In this document: in pieces, positions 13,130 through 25,611 of the stretch | Numbering within the stretch: the first letter of the stretch is position 1 | Layout: each line of letters opens with the position of its first letter | NCBI GenBank assembly: GCA_016748015.1 | Contig: JAAOMT010000522.1 | Span: 1-64,000, forward strand | Direction of reading: 5' to 3' | Length of the DNA stretch: 64,000 nt | Source of the DNA: Geosiphon pyriformis uo1 | Taxonomy: Eukaryota > Fungi > Glomeromycota | Translations under genes and position numbers: made by a program | Notes under the pieces: generated by a model | Told to the model about the DNA's origin: nothing | Databases searched by the model: none | Seen by the model: only the letters and a program-made list of their open reading frames with translations

Positions 13130-14080
13130 TGTTACCAGTAGAATTTTAACTATTAATTAGCATAAAAGTACTTTTATAATTCTTATTATTAATTAGCATA
13201 TATTAATATCATTTTAAATTATCATTTATTATTTAATTAAATTATTAAATATTACTAGTTAATTAATAATTCAATTTATACAATAAAAATTAGAATGATC
13301 AAATTACACAATACTTCAAACTATATAATATTTAAGAATTTATTAAAATTTGTAGAAATTCGCCAAAATAATAAATAATTCATCAAAATAACTTGTAGTT
13401 TATTAAAATATATCTTTAGTTTGTTAAAATTATAGCAAAAAAAAGTTCAAATTCATAGACTAATACTATAATAAATTGTATAAAAAAAGAGCTTTTTTTT
13501 TAAAAAAATATATTATATTATAAATATCTTAATATATTTAGAATTATCTTAATTAAAATTAGTTAGCTTTAAAATAATAATAAAAACATTAAATAATTAA
13601 AAACCAAATTTCTTAACTATTACACTTGAAAATTTCCAAAAACTCAACTAATGTTTTAAAATTGATTAGCTATTAATTTCAGTAATCCATTAGTAACTTC
13701 AGATTTAAATAAAAAACGATTCACTTAATAAAATTCTATTTTTTTTATATTTCTTTTATTTTCTTACTATAATTATTAAGATAGCTTACAGACAAGATTT
13801 CTGTAGAAAAGTTGACTTTTATAACAAAGTAACTACACATTTTTAGTGAGCTTTCAGATAAGTAATTCCTAAGAAAAAGTTAACTTTTACTACAAAGTAA
13901 CTACATATAGTAACTGGTATAAAATTGGCTATTTTTTTTTATAAATCCAGCAGTTTAAATTATAAGAAATAATTTGAAGATAAATTCAGTTATCAAATAT
14001 TCAATAACTTCTAATAAAGATGAATTTACAACAAATAAGTATTAACAACATTCAAAAAAAACCAAAAACCTTCAGTAATA
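13130..14080 (+). repeat. 5' LTR, family B (~950 bp)
   Basis: Termini tgttac...gtaata. Homologous to the solo LTR at 62195-63169 (-) and to the split LTR at 48733-58610. Confidence 0.88.
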
Positions 14081-14099
14081 TTTAGTGCTTTTCTATGGA

Positions 14100-17000
14100 A
14101 ATAACACAGCAATAACAATTTTAAAGTAATAACTACATTAGATACAACAATTTTAATGTATTATTAGTCAATTTACACTTATTATAAGCAAAGATTTAAC
14201 ATTCCAGACAGAATTGAAGTTTTTAAAAAATCATTATACCAATATATTGAAAATTGCATCAACAATTATTTTTTAGAAACTATAATATTTCAGAAGTCAG
14301 AAAAAGTCTCTATAAAAATTTAATACATTATTTTTGATTAGAAACTGAAAACTTTAACAGTAAAACACTTAAAATTTATTTTAAAAAACTTAATTTCAAC
14401 ATTATTCAATATTGTGAAAAAAATACTCAGTATAATTTAAATATTTTTTTAACTTTGAATCAGAATCTAAAAATAGCAATAAAAAAAAGCAGAAAAAAAA
14501 ATACTGTAAGCTATTTATACTGTACATAATACATCAAAAAAAACTGCCAAATATCTATAAACACTTAAACAAAGAACCAGCATCAAATTACTATTTTTAA
14601 TTACACTATTTCCAATTTTACTTGCTTAATCACAAACACCCAATTCATTATTAATTTAGTTTTCAAGACCAAAAGATTTTACTATATTGTAAAGTCTTAT
14701 TTAACAACCAGAATCAATATTTACCAATACTAATCTTTTTGAATACCTAACCAAAAACCAAAATATTTATTCTAATAACAATAAAAACATTTTCAAAACC
14801 ACAAAAAAAAACTACTAAAAACAAAAATACAAAAAACATAACAACTACTTAATTACAAAAATTACTGAATTCACAAAAGAAGATGCTAACACTAGTTTAC
14901 AAGAATGGCTCAACAAAGTTCAGAAAGCAGGAAATGTAAATGGATAGAATATAGCAAAAATGTTAAAAGCAATTCTATACTTTCTTTAAAAAACAGCAGG
15001 AGAATAGTTTGAAAACTTGACTAAATTTTTTGAAAACTAACAAGCATTTAAAGATGCTTTCTTAGAATAATTTACTAATAACAACACTTTTATTATTCTC
15101 TGAAACTGCTTTCATAATATCAAACAAGAATTATCTAAAACTGTCATGATCTATCTTGAAAAGTTCAATAAGCTTTTTTAACAAATTTAACAATTGAAAA
15201 CCAATGACTATTACTTCAATGTCCAGATTTTGGATTAGTTTATTACAGAATTAAAAAACAAATTCATTAAAAAAGTTTGATCACATCCTTCAAAAAATCT
15301 AGCCACTGCTATTTAATATGCTAAGACTTATAAAATGGCAATAGAAAAAGCTAACTGCACCAAATTTGTGAATCTTGCAATTGGAAAAATCAGCTCAACA
15401 ATTAAAAAGAAAATTGACCAATTGACCAAAAAAGTTGAGAATTACTTCACTAATCAACAACAACAGCAACAATAAATATATCAACTATTCCAATAATGCA
15501 ATCAAAATAACTATACATTATTACAAAACAACCAATCTCAAAGCTATTATCATTGTGAAATTTCTAGACACTAGAAACAAAATTGCTAAAAAATGCAACA
15601 AGACAAACAACAAAAGAATAATTAATATTATTCTTAATCTCAACAATCTTATTACCAATTTTCATTACTAGTTTATTATTTATTAAGACCCCAATACCAA
15701 AATAATTACTATTAATTTGCTCTATAAATTATTTAACAGAAATATCAACAATTATCTACTTAGCAATATCAAATACTTATTCAAAGATTGATCTAACAAA
15801 ACCAATTCACACTACAAAATCAGTTTTTTAACAATAATTGATTCAATTCTAACAACAAATTAGTTTTTTAAAATCCAGTTCAGCAAAAACTTGTATATTA
15901 CTATATTCAATCTAGTTATCTTACAATATTAAAAAAATCGGATTTTTAACAAATTGCACTTTTTGAAAATAAAATTATAGTACAAAGATCAAATTCTTTT
16001 AACAATACCATTTTATCAGCTTAAATAGCCCAAAATGCCAACTTTTCAATATATTTTATTCAAATTTGAAGCCAATAAATCTCTATTTTTACTTAGTAAT
16101 ACAGCAGTTAATAAACAAAAAGCAATTACAATAATGTATACAGAAGTTGAAGTTAAAAGAAAACCAATTTGATTAATCTTAAACAGTAGATCTATTAAAA
16201 GTATTATTACTTACCAACTAATGCAACAGCTTCAACAAACTGTTAATAAATCTGCCCAAACAGTTATTGTTACTGTAGATAATATAAAAAAAACTTCAGT
16301 AAAAAAAATTGACAATTTTCTTTTCACAATTAACAAAATCATTATTCCAATTAAAATTTTTGTCATGAATGTACTCCAATATCAAGCTCTTGTCAGAAAT
16401 AATTAACTCCTTAAAGCCAATGCAAACTTAAACTGAAAAACACAAAAATTAAAAATTTTATATTAAGAACAATATACCTAAGTACCTACTATATATAGTA
16501 TATTTAACAAACAATTTGTGAAAGCCCTGGTGTTTGAATTTGAAGAAAAAAAAGAAATACCAATTACCAAAACATATATGGCTCTTAAATTAGCATCCAA
16601 TTGGGCTGAAGAAACCAGAGAATAGAATATTGTTTAATATTCTACACCAGAACCATAGAAACAACTACTTTATATCTTACTTAAATGTAAAAACTATAAC
16701 AAAAAGCTTTCATTAATGAAAACATGCATATTCTTAAAAAAAGAATATGAAATACACACCTGTTATTTTTGCAAAACATGTCATAAAGAATAATTTGAAT
16801 ATTTTAAACAAAGTAAAAAATGAAACAACATTTCTTGTTTTACATGTAAAAAAATACTATTAAAGAATACAATTAAATTAATGTTACAATAAAAAAAAGA
16901 GTTTGTGATCAAATTTATTAATATGCACTTTCAATTACAGAAAAAGTAAAAAGAGAAATCTTTTTCAATGCAGTATATAACAATGCCTTTAATAAACTTT

Positions 17001-19975
17001 ACTATTATTTACACAATGCTAAAATAATCTATAGTTTTAATTAATAAAGAAATCCAAAAAGATATATGCCAAATGAAAGAAGCAGAATACATCAAATATA
17101 CAATAAAATTAACTAAATTTAATTATAAAATGAAGTAAAAACTTATTATTAGATTACAAGTCATGTTTATCTGACCAAAAAAGCTCAAATTCAATGATTA
17201 AAGCAAATAAACATTTAACTGTGTGAAGAATATACTATGTCTTATAATAACCAATAGTGTCTAAAATGCTATGCAATTAGCATTTTCTTGTTTAGCAAAA
17301 ATGATAAATATAAAATCGAATTTGGAGTATCTGAACCAAAAAAAAATTACAACAATTCTGATTTATCTTATCAAAATCAGTCTGTTATACAATTTTAATA
17401 CTTTAATAACAATGAACAAAGAATAAAATTAGAAAAAATTCATAAAATAAATGCTAGATATAATCTATAATATTCAGAAAAAGATATTTTGATCTTTCAA
17501 CCAAAATCTCTGACAAAAATTAACTTAAAAATTGCTCTCAAAATTTTACTAGGAACAATGATTTAAATTGCTTTCCAATTATTATTGGCAAGCAAAGAAA
17601 TCAACATTAGAAGAGGAATTATAAATATAGAATATATTAAAAATATTACAATTCTGTTACAAAACAAATTTGATAAAACATTCAAAATTAAACATGCTAA
17701 AAAAATTGCTTAAGTAATTTACCTAGTTTTAATCAACATTTTAAGTTTACAAGAAGTCAACAACAGAGAACAATTAGGAAAAAGAAAAAAAAACCCAAGA
17801 TTTTGGTTTAATTAGACAATTTACAGTTTCAATAAACACAGCTCTCAATGCACAAAATAAATCTCATCAGATTCTTTGACTTCCACAACCAATTATCATA
17901 TTACATTTTGGAGAACATCACAAAATCAATACTTGTTCAAAGTCTATTACTACTCAACAAATTTTCAAATCAAATAAACAAATTTGTTTAAAGCACAAAA
18001 TTTTAATCTTAAACATTTATATTCCAAAAAAAATGAAAAAATTTCAAGTTATATTCTATAATTTCAACAATTATTCCATCAGTTTAATGAATAAATTAGG
18101 AATTAAAATTATATATAGCAATATTTTCTAAGATGAAACTTTTTAGTTTGTCTTTAATTTTATCGAAATTATAAGATATATTCTATTTCTAAATCCAAAC
18201 ATCACTTCTAATATTGAAAACTACTACATTTTAGAAGAAAAACTCTCTTAAATTAACATAAATTTTTTAAAACTCTAACAACAAAGACAATTAAACAGTT
18301 AATAGTCAACTATGCTAATATATTTGTCAAAGATAATAACAATCTTAAAAAAACTAATATTGTATACCATCAGATCTATACAAAAAATGTTTTACTAAAA
18401 TATTAAAAAATCTATTAAGTTTTACCTACTAATCACCAATTTATTAGAGAAGAAGTCCAATAATTGTTCAACAATAGTCTTATTTAACCATCAAGAAGCT
18501 CTTGGACTTCATCAGTAGTTCTTGTAAAAAAGAAAAATGGCAAAATCAAATTTTGTGTAGACTATTAACAACTAAATAGTGTCATAATTAGAGATACTAT
18601 TTATTACCAAGAATTAACAATATGCTAAATACTATAAAAAAAGCCAAGTTTTTTTTAATCTTAAACTTGAAAAATGGGTACTGGCAAGTTAAAATATATC
18701 TTAAAGACCATCTTAAAATAGCATTTACTACCCAAAAAAAATTTCTAAGTTCAACATAATATCTTTTGAACTCTGTAATGTATTAACAACATTTTAAAGA
18801 CTTATGGATATTGTTTATAAGGCAATTAATAGTCGTTTACTTGGATAATACTAATGTATACTTTCTAAGCTTTGAAGTCTATTTGATTTACTTGTGAAAA
18901 GTTTTTAACAATTATAAAAAGCAAAATTAAAATTAAACATCAAAAAATGTCATTTTGAAAAAACAAGTTTAATCTTCTTTAGACATATTGTCAGCAAAAA
19001 TAAAATCTAATTTAACCCAAGAACAATTAGTGCTGTTAAGAATTTTAAAGTTCTTTGAAATATAACAGAACTAAAAAAATTTGTAGAATTAGTTTTTATT
19101 ATCAAAAGTTCATTAAAAATTTTTTCGAAATCACTAAACCACTCAACCATCTGATCAACAAAAATATAAAATATTAATAAATACAAGCTCAACAATAATT
19201 ATTTAATACTCTTAAAGAAAAACTTATTACAGTCTCAATTTTTGCATATTTAGATTTCAGCAAAAAGTTTCAATTAGCTACTGATGCTTTACAGATAGCT
19301 TTTAGTGCCATTCTATTACAATTAAATAACAATAGCAATAAGCAAGTAATTGTTTATATCAGTAAAACTTTCAAACCAACTGAATTAAAATATGGATTTA
19401 TTAAATTAAAAGCAGCAGCCATTATTTGGGCTTTGAAATACTTTTAACAATATCTCCAAAATAAGCCACAATTTGACATTATCACAGATAACATTAATCT
19501 CAAATGGCTTAACAAGAAAAGCTCTAAACTTAGTGCTAAACAATTCTAATAATTTAATTTTTTAGCAGACTACAAATACATTGTATACTATAAACTAAGC
19601 AAATTATATACAAATATAGATAGTCTTTTCAGAATAAAATAAGATTAGATTCAACATTAACAAACCACCAACTCAACAATAATTAACAAACAAAAATAAA
19701 TTCCAAAAACTACAACAATATTAAAAACTATTTGAAGATTTTCAAATACCAAAAAATTGGTTTTTAACTAAAAAACACTAATTACAACAACAATTTAAAC
19801 AATACTTTCTGTATTACAACAAAATCTATTATTAAAACTGCTAAAACCCAACAAATCTATTTAGATTAGTCCAACAAAATAAAATAATAATAATAGTATA
19901 CAACATATATACAGATTCTTTATTAAAACATTTAGAAAGAAACAGCACAATACAAAGAATACTAGAACATTATTT
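14100..19975 (+). pseudogene. gag-pol remnant, family B
   Basis: Gag LQEWLNKVQKAG (~14900); knuckle YYHCEISRH*KQNC (~15545-15590); protease LILNSRS (~16170); RT SSWTSSVVLVKKKNGKIKFCVDY, NGYWQV, YLDN (18490-18850); RNase H LATDA (~19280). Confidence 0.88.
17430..17815 (+). pseudogene. dut: dUTPase domain within family B pol
   Basis: All five trimeric dUTPase motifs appear in order in decayed form: NARYNL (DAGYDL), IAFQLLLA (IASRSSLA), RGIINIEY (GGIIDxGY), KIA* (KIAQ), QDFGLIR (xGFGSTG). Confidence 0.82.
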
Positions 19976-20880
19976 TTTTAATGTGTCTTTATTTCCATCT
20001 CACATAATTTTATCTCTTTCTCTTTCCATTTATTGTCATATTCTAATTTTTTCTTCTGTAACTGTAAATCCTTTTCACAATATTCTTTTCCCAAGATTAA
20101 ATGTTCTTGAAAATCTTTTTGTGTTTGCTCAGTTGCTAATATGAGTTGTGTAATTAACTTGATTATTATCTGATCTTTTATGATAGTGGTTTGGATAAAA
20201 TCAGCTTTGGGTTTACTTTGATGATATTTTCTGATGCCTGAATTACCACTTTTTTTCTCTATATCTTTTTCTTCATCTCCTTCTTTATTAACAGTATTGG
20301 TTATAGAAAATGTGTCATAATTGGAAGTTTTTTATATCATTCTTTTCATTGCACTTTAACAAATTATTTCTGCTTCATTTTCATTTTTTTCAATTTAATA
20401 AAAATATTCTTTTAATATTTATACATTAATTAGAATAAAACTCACAAAACTCAGATTAAAAACCAATTACAGACTTATTAAAATTCTAAGAAAAGAATAA
20501 TACTTACCTTTTTTTTTATTTTGTTCAATTTTAAAATTATGAGCTTCTTGTGAATCATCTCATTGTTGCACCAATTTAGTAAGAAGAATCTCCTGTTCCT
20601 TATATTTTTTCTTAATACCAGATGTACAAAGAAATTCTTGCTTATCTGACTTCTATGTTGTAATAAGTTTCTCAAATTTGTTCTGCATACACTTATGATC
20701 AATTACACATTCCCTAACAGCAGCATTAAAACTATTTGCAACCTTAGTTTAGACAGCTTTAATCTGATCATATAAAGCAGTGAAAGACAGGTAAAATTGA
20801 ATCTTCTTGAACAAAATAATATTTTTTCCAGGATTCCAACAATATTGTTTCTTACATTGTTTTTAGGTGAACGTAGATAC
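19975..20880 (-). pseudogene. Myb/SANT-like + coiled-coil protein remnant (PIF/Harbinger partner-protein type), one intron
   Basis: Minus frame YCWNPGKNIILFKKIQ..IKAV*TKVANSFN..MQNKFEKLITT*K..TSGIKKKYKEQEILLTKL; GTAAGT donor at 20507; then EAEIIC*SAMKRM and a charged coiled-coil tail. Confidence 0.6.
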
Positions 20881-22427
20881 ACATATAATATAAGAATTTT
20901 CCTTGTAATTTGCTTAATAAGATGGGTTTTTCTATATTCAGAACTCTAAAAAAATGTTTTATAAAATATGTTATTAATGTATTCTTGAAATAATTTGACT
21001 AGATTTAATAGATCTTTGTATGGTATTTTAAAAGTATTCATAAAAGTCTAATTTTGTTGGTGAAGCACAGTCACAGTGAGTTTTGTCTTTCTGTGTATCT
21101 TTTGCTAAAAATGCATGGCAACAGAAGAAAAAACACCAATTAGTCAATATCACAAATGATACTATGACCCCAATACATATTATAATGTATTTAAACTATT
21201 CTCTCTTCATTGCTTCTCTATTAACTCATAGCATTTCTTGTAACCCATACTATTTTTTGTCTTTATTAAAATAAGTTTACATATAACCTAGCTCTGCTAT
21301 GTTTTAGCTTTGTTTACAAAACTTAATATTAAAACAAATCACTTTTACACTCAATACACATTAATAAAAATAGATTGAACAAATAAACTTATCAGAAAAA
21401 GACTTAGCTATAAAACACATCAGCAACAAAAAAAGAAAAAAAAGAAGATAGCAATAGTTAATTAATATTATAAGAGTATATTAAATGTTAAATATATAAA
21501 AAAGCATATAAATAATAGATAATAAAATAAATAGGAAAACTTAAAGGCTAATATTAAGTCAAAATGTTTTATTATTGAGTTAAATGCAAAGCAATTTTGA
21601 AAGCAAAAAACAGAAGTGAATAAGTACAAATTAGTCAAATAAACAAAAAATAATGATAATAGGATAGATAAGAAAGTAATTTTTACAACTTTTTTATCCT
21701 ATTCTATTTCCCAACACCTAAATTATTCAGTGCTTTCAGTTAGATCATTAAAAATATATCTTGTTTAAATCTAAAGAGAGCTTAAAATGCCTCATGCAAT
21801 TCTGCAAACATTTTTTTTGGAATTATTTTTAAGCAACTGCATATATAAGTATTCTTATATATAAATTTTATCACTTTTATAACAGTAATCTGCATATTTG
21901 TTCAAACAAAGACATCAATTTCAAGTTAATTTGAGACTAAACTATTTTACTGTAGTTTCTGTTGATTGTTAAGTCTAAAATAAATTATGTTTGATTGAAA
22001 CTTATATTTACTACTATGGTTTCTGTTATAAAATTACTTTAAGTGAAATATTAACAACAAGTTTTAAAGAAAACTATTTGTCATTTGATCTAAAAAAATG
22101 GCAAAATAAAATAAAATGCATTAAATCACAAATGTTGTAGCAGTGTGATTCTATTTATTATCTTATTCAAAATACATAAGAATTACAATGAAATTCAATA
22201 AAATAACTATTTTTATTCTAGTAATGATCAACTCAAATTCTATGACCACATTAATCTTATTGAAAATGACCAAACATAAACTTATCTCTTTTTTTTGTTA
22301 CTATATTACCAGTATTACAACTAATATAAAAGCATGATAATATTTGATTACATACTTAGTTACATAAAACAGTTTTTGTAGTCACATCTTTTATACTATT
22401 ATCAGATTCCTGGGAACTAACAGGACA

Positions 22428-24050
22428 ACTTCTAATGCCTTAAGAGCTTTTGAACTTTGCTGTTTCATTATTTTGTGCTTATTTAATAGGGTACCAACAA
22501 TGGTCAATCCAATAATGAAGCACATTTTTCTTTCATAATATCCATGACAAACCAATTTCGGAATATATTGTCTCTGGATATCAGCAAGACTTTTATAAAT
22601 CTCTACTTTTTTTTGCATTATTTTCAGAACATATAGTAGTGTTTTTGCCAAGTCAACAGTTTTTAAAGCAATTGTTTCACCACAAAATTTGCATAAGAGC
22701 ATTTTACTACTTTGGTCTTAACCTAATATATCCATAAACTTAAAGTCTGTAAAAGCAAAATTATGTAGCTTGTCAAAAGTATTGAGTAATTGTTAATATG
22801 TGAATATGTTAGTAGTTAATTGTTGATTTGCTAATTGGGTAGAAGATAATTTTGACTGTGATTGAAGAACACATAAATTATTATTTCCATGAGTTGGTAC
22901 TAACACCCGATATAGATTAAGGAATTCAAAATTATTCTTTGCTTGTCAAGTTAAATAAGTATACATCTTAAGCACTAGTGGGGATTTTGATTGTAGTAAA
23001 AAAGTTTCTGAGATCCAGAGCATTGTGTGCTCTCAATGTAGAAACCAGTAATTATTGTAGGTAATTACAATACCATATCTATGCTCATTTGCTTCCATAT
23101 AATTGTAGATTTGTTAAACCACTATTTTTGCCTTGTCATTATCCTGATAAAACTCAGAAAATGTTTTTTCACCAATATTTTTTAACATATGCTTTCTTTT
23201 AATTTCGATCATTAAAATTAATAATTTTCTAAGAAAACAATTAAAGTCTGGTATACTAGGAGTATAGGTTTAAAGTCTTGTAAACTTATAACTTTTTAAT
23301 AACATAAATCTATTTACTACTGTACAAATGTTAAAATTCAAGGCATCATGAACATCTTTTTCATTAGTCATCTCTCTATCTTTAGCAAATTGTGATTTCT
23401 CGAATCTTGGTTGTTAATTGAAGCAGAATTGGTTCATTTCCTTAAGAAAGTCATCCCAAAACAGTACACTTGTCAATGGGTTACTATTGACTTTTATAGT
23501 GGTCTTCAATATAACACCTGTTAAAGAATATGTTATAGGTAATAATATAGATGACAGTGCATTTTCCAAGCTGATTTTAACTAAAAAAGTAACTCCAGTT
23601 AATAATAAATCTACAATATAAAAAATCACATTATCATGTCTATTTTATTCTATGTATACACTACTCTATATTCTCAAAGAAAATATTTTTTTATTCTACT
23701 CTATTTCTCAATGCCAAAGTCACAAAGTTATTACCTGTATTATCTGTTGCTGTATGTAGTTTTTCTGCCCATTTTTGTAGCTCCTCTTTCCACTTATTTT
23801 TCTCTATTTCCAGTTTTTTCTTTACTTCTTTTAACTTTTCTTTTTGTTTTTTTAGCTTTTATATATCTTCTATTTATCAATTTTTTTCATTTTCATTCTT
23901 GTACTTCTTCTGTCTCAAATTTTTCTTCAAGTTATATAACTTAACTTTCTTTTTACTCAGCTTCTTATCTTTTTTCTCCAGCTTTTCTATGCATTTTTTA
24001 TACTGGGTTTTTACGTATTCTAATTTATATTTAATATTTTCAATACTCAT
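22428..24050 (-). pseudogene. Coiled-coil / PD-(D/E)xK-like nuclease / protein-kinase-like pseudogene, 3'-truncated
   Basis: Coiled-coil exon 24050-23735; GT..AG intron 23734-23581 that splices in frame (T-V-K-I-S-L-E); then PDFNC..MIEIKR..QIYNYM..YGIVITYNNYWFL; then a kinase N-lobe (ETIALKTVD, YIPKLV). Breaks before the catalytic loop. Confidence 0.72.
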
Positions 24051-25611
24051 TATGTTTTTTTGCATGTTTGTTATGATTTGGGAAGATATGGCCTAATATA
24101 TGTTTAGTTTGTGTTAGATCTTTGATTTATCAGTATAAATTTACTATTTAAGTACAAACTTATCTTTGTTAAATTATAATAATAATCAGAGTTTTTACCT
24201 TTTGTCATATGCCTATATAATATAATTGTTTATTTAATAATTATTGTATTTTACAATATTTATTAATTGATAATTCACTAGTTAAGAATATAAAATGATT
24301 AATATTTAAATAGAAAAATGTAACAACTATTTAATTAGTAAAAAATTTTCAAGTATAAATGTCAATTTTGGTTCTTACAACTACTATTAAACATACAAAA
24401 CTTATTTTTAAAAACTATTCTTTTGTTTACAAAGAATATAATATTACCTAATTTACACTATAAAATACAAAAATCTCAACGATTTAAAAATGGATATCAC
24501 AATATAACAAATTGTTTTTGGCACAGACAATAAGAACAGCATTGCAGTTCAATTCAAATAAAAGCTTTTTAATAATAATTAAAATTAAAAATAAGCAATA
24601 TAAAAGTGAATTAAAGTAATAAGTTAAGTTTTTTACATGTTTTTGGACTTAAAAAGTTAATTTTACAATAAAAACCAATAAATTTATCTTCAAAATTAAA
24701 AGTTTAATTCTTATATTTGAAATTATAAATATTATTTTATGTTAAATAAAGCTTTTGTTAAAAAAGTAACTACATTCTGAATTTTGTAAAAGTAGTCACT
24801 TAAGATTTTAGATTGTCAAATAATGTGATTTTTATATATATATAACTAGATATATAACCAAATTATCTTTAAATATAACAAAACTATTTTGGTTTTATGT
24901 ATTATTGATCTGTATTATGCAGTATTAATAGATTAATTATCATTTTTAGATAAATTATCAATTAAATTATTTTTGTTTTAAATTAATATTATTATTGTTT
25001 TATATATTTTAATATTAAATTAAATTTATTTTATTATTTTAAAATTGGAAAAAATTAAACTAATATTAAATATATTTCTATTATTATTTTATATATATAT
25101 ATAACTTTATATTAATTTAAACTTATTAAATAAAAGTTTATTTATTTTAATTTGTAAATAAAACAAATTTAATAATGGTATTTTTAAGTAAAATATAATT
25201 TAATTAAACTTAAAATATGCAACAAAAATATTACTTACATATTTTTTATAAATAATTAGTAATTTAAACTTATATTAAGCTATATAAATTAAAAAATTAT
25301 TTGTTTTTATTTTATTTTAAATATTTTTTTATTTTTTATTTTAAACATATTTATATATTTAAGTTTTAAATTCTTTAGAAAAATTAAACAGTTATAATTT
25401 TAAGATTAATTAAGTAAATTAATTTTTACAAATTTAATTTATTTTTAATTTAATTTATTTTTTTTGTTATTTATTTATTTATTTTTTTTATTAGCTTAAT
25501 GAGTAAGGTTCAAACACTACCTAATACTATATATCAAAAAAATGATCTAAACTAAGTGTGAATCATGCATTTTTTACATGTGACCAGCTATTCAGGTTGA
25601 TCAGAACTATA

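Larger units (their letters stand above)
13130..19975 (+). mobile_element. Ty3/Gypsy family B, 3'-truncated at the start of integrase
   Basis: LTR 13130-14080, PBS-like site, gag, protease, Cys-rich region, dUTPase, RT, RNase H and first integrase residues (HTDSLLKHL..ILEHYF). No 3' LTR. Confidence 0.9.

Noticed and set aside
21695-22427. Possible solo LTR or TIR element (tatcctatt...aacaggaca) truncating the kinase gene
   Set aside because: No matching TSD, and the kinase does not resume on the other side.
23636-24096. Hydrophobic plus-strand ORFs that look like membrane proteins
   Set aside because: They are antisense shadows of the K/E-rich coiled-coil exon on the minus strand.
24200-25440. 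Motifs resembling the family B LTR (aaagttaatttta, aaagtaactaca)
   Set aside because: Only short matches; no colinear alignment or termini.
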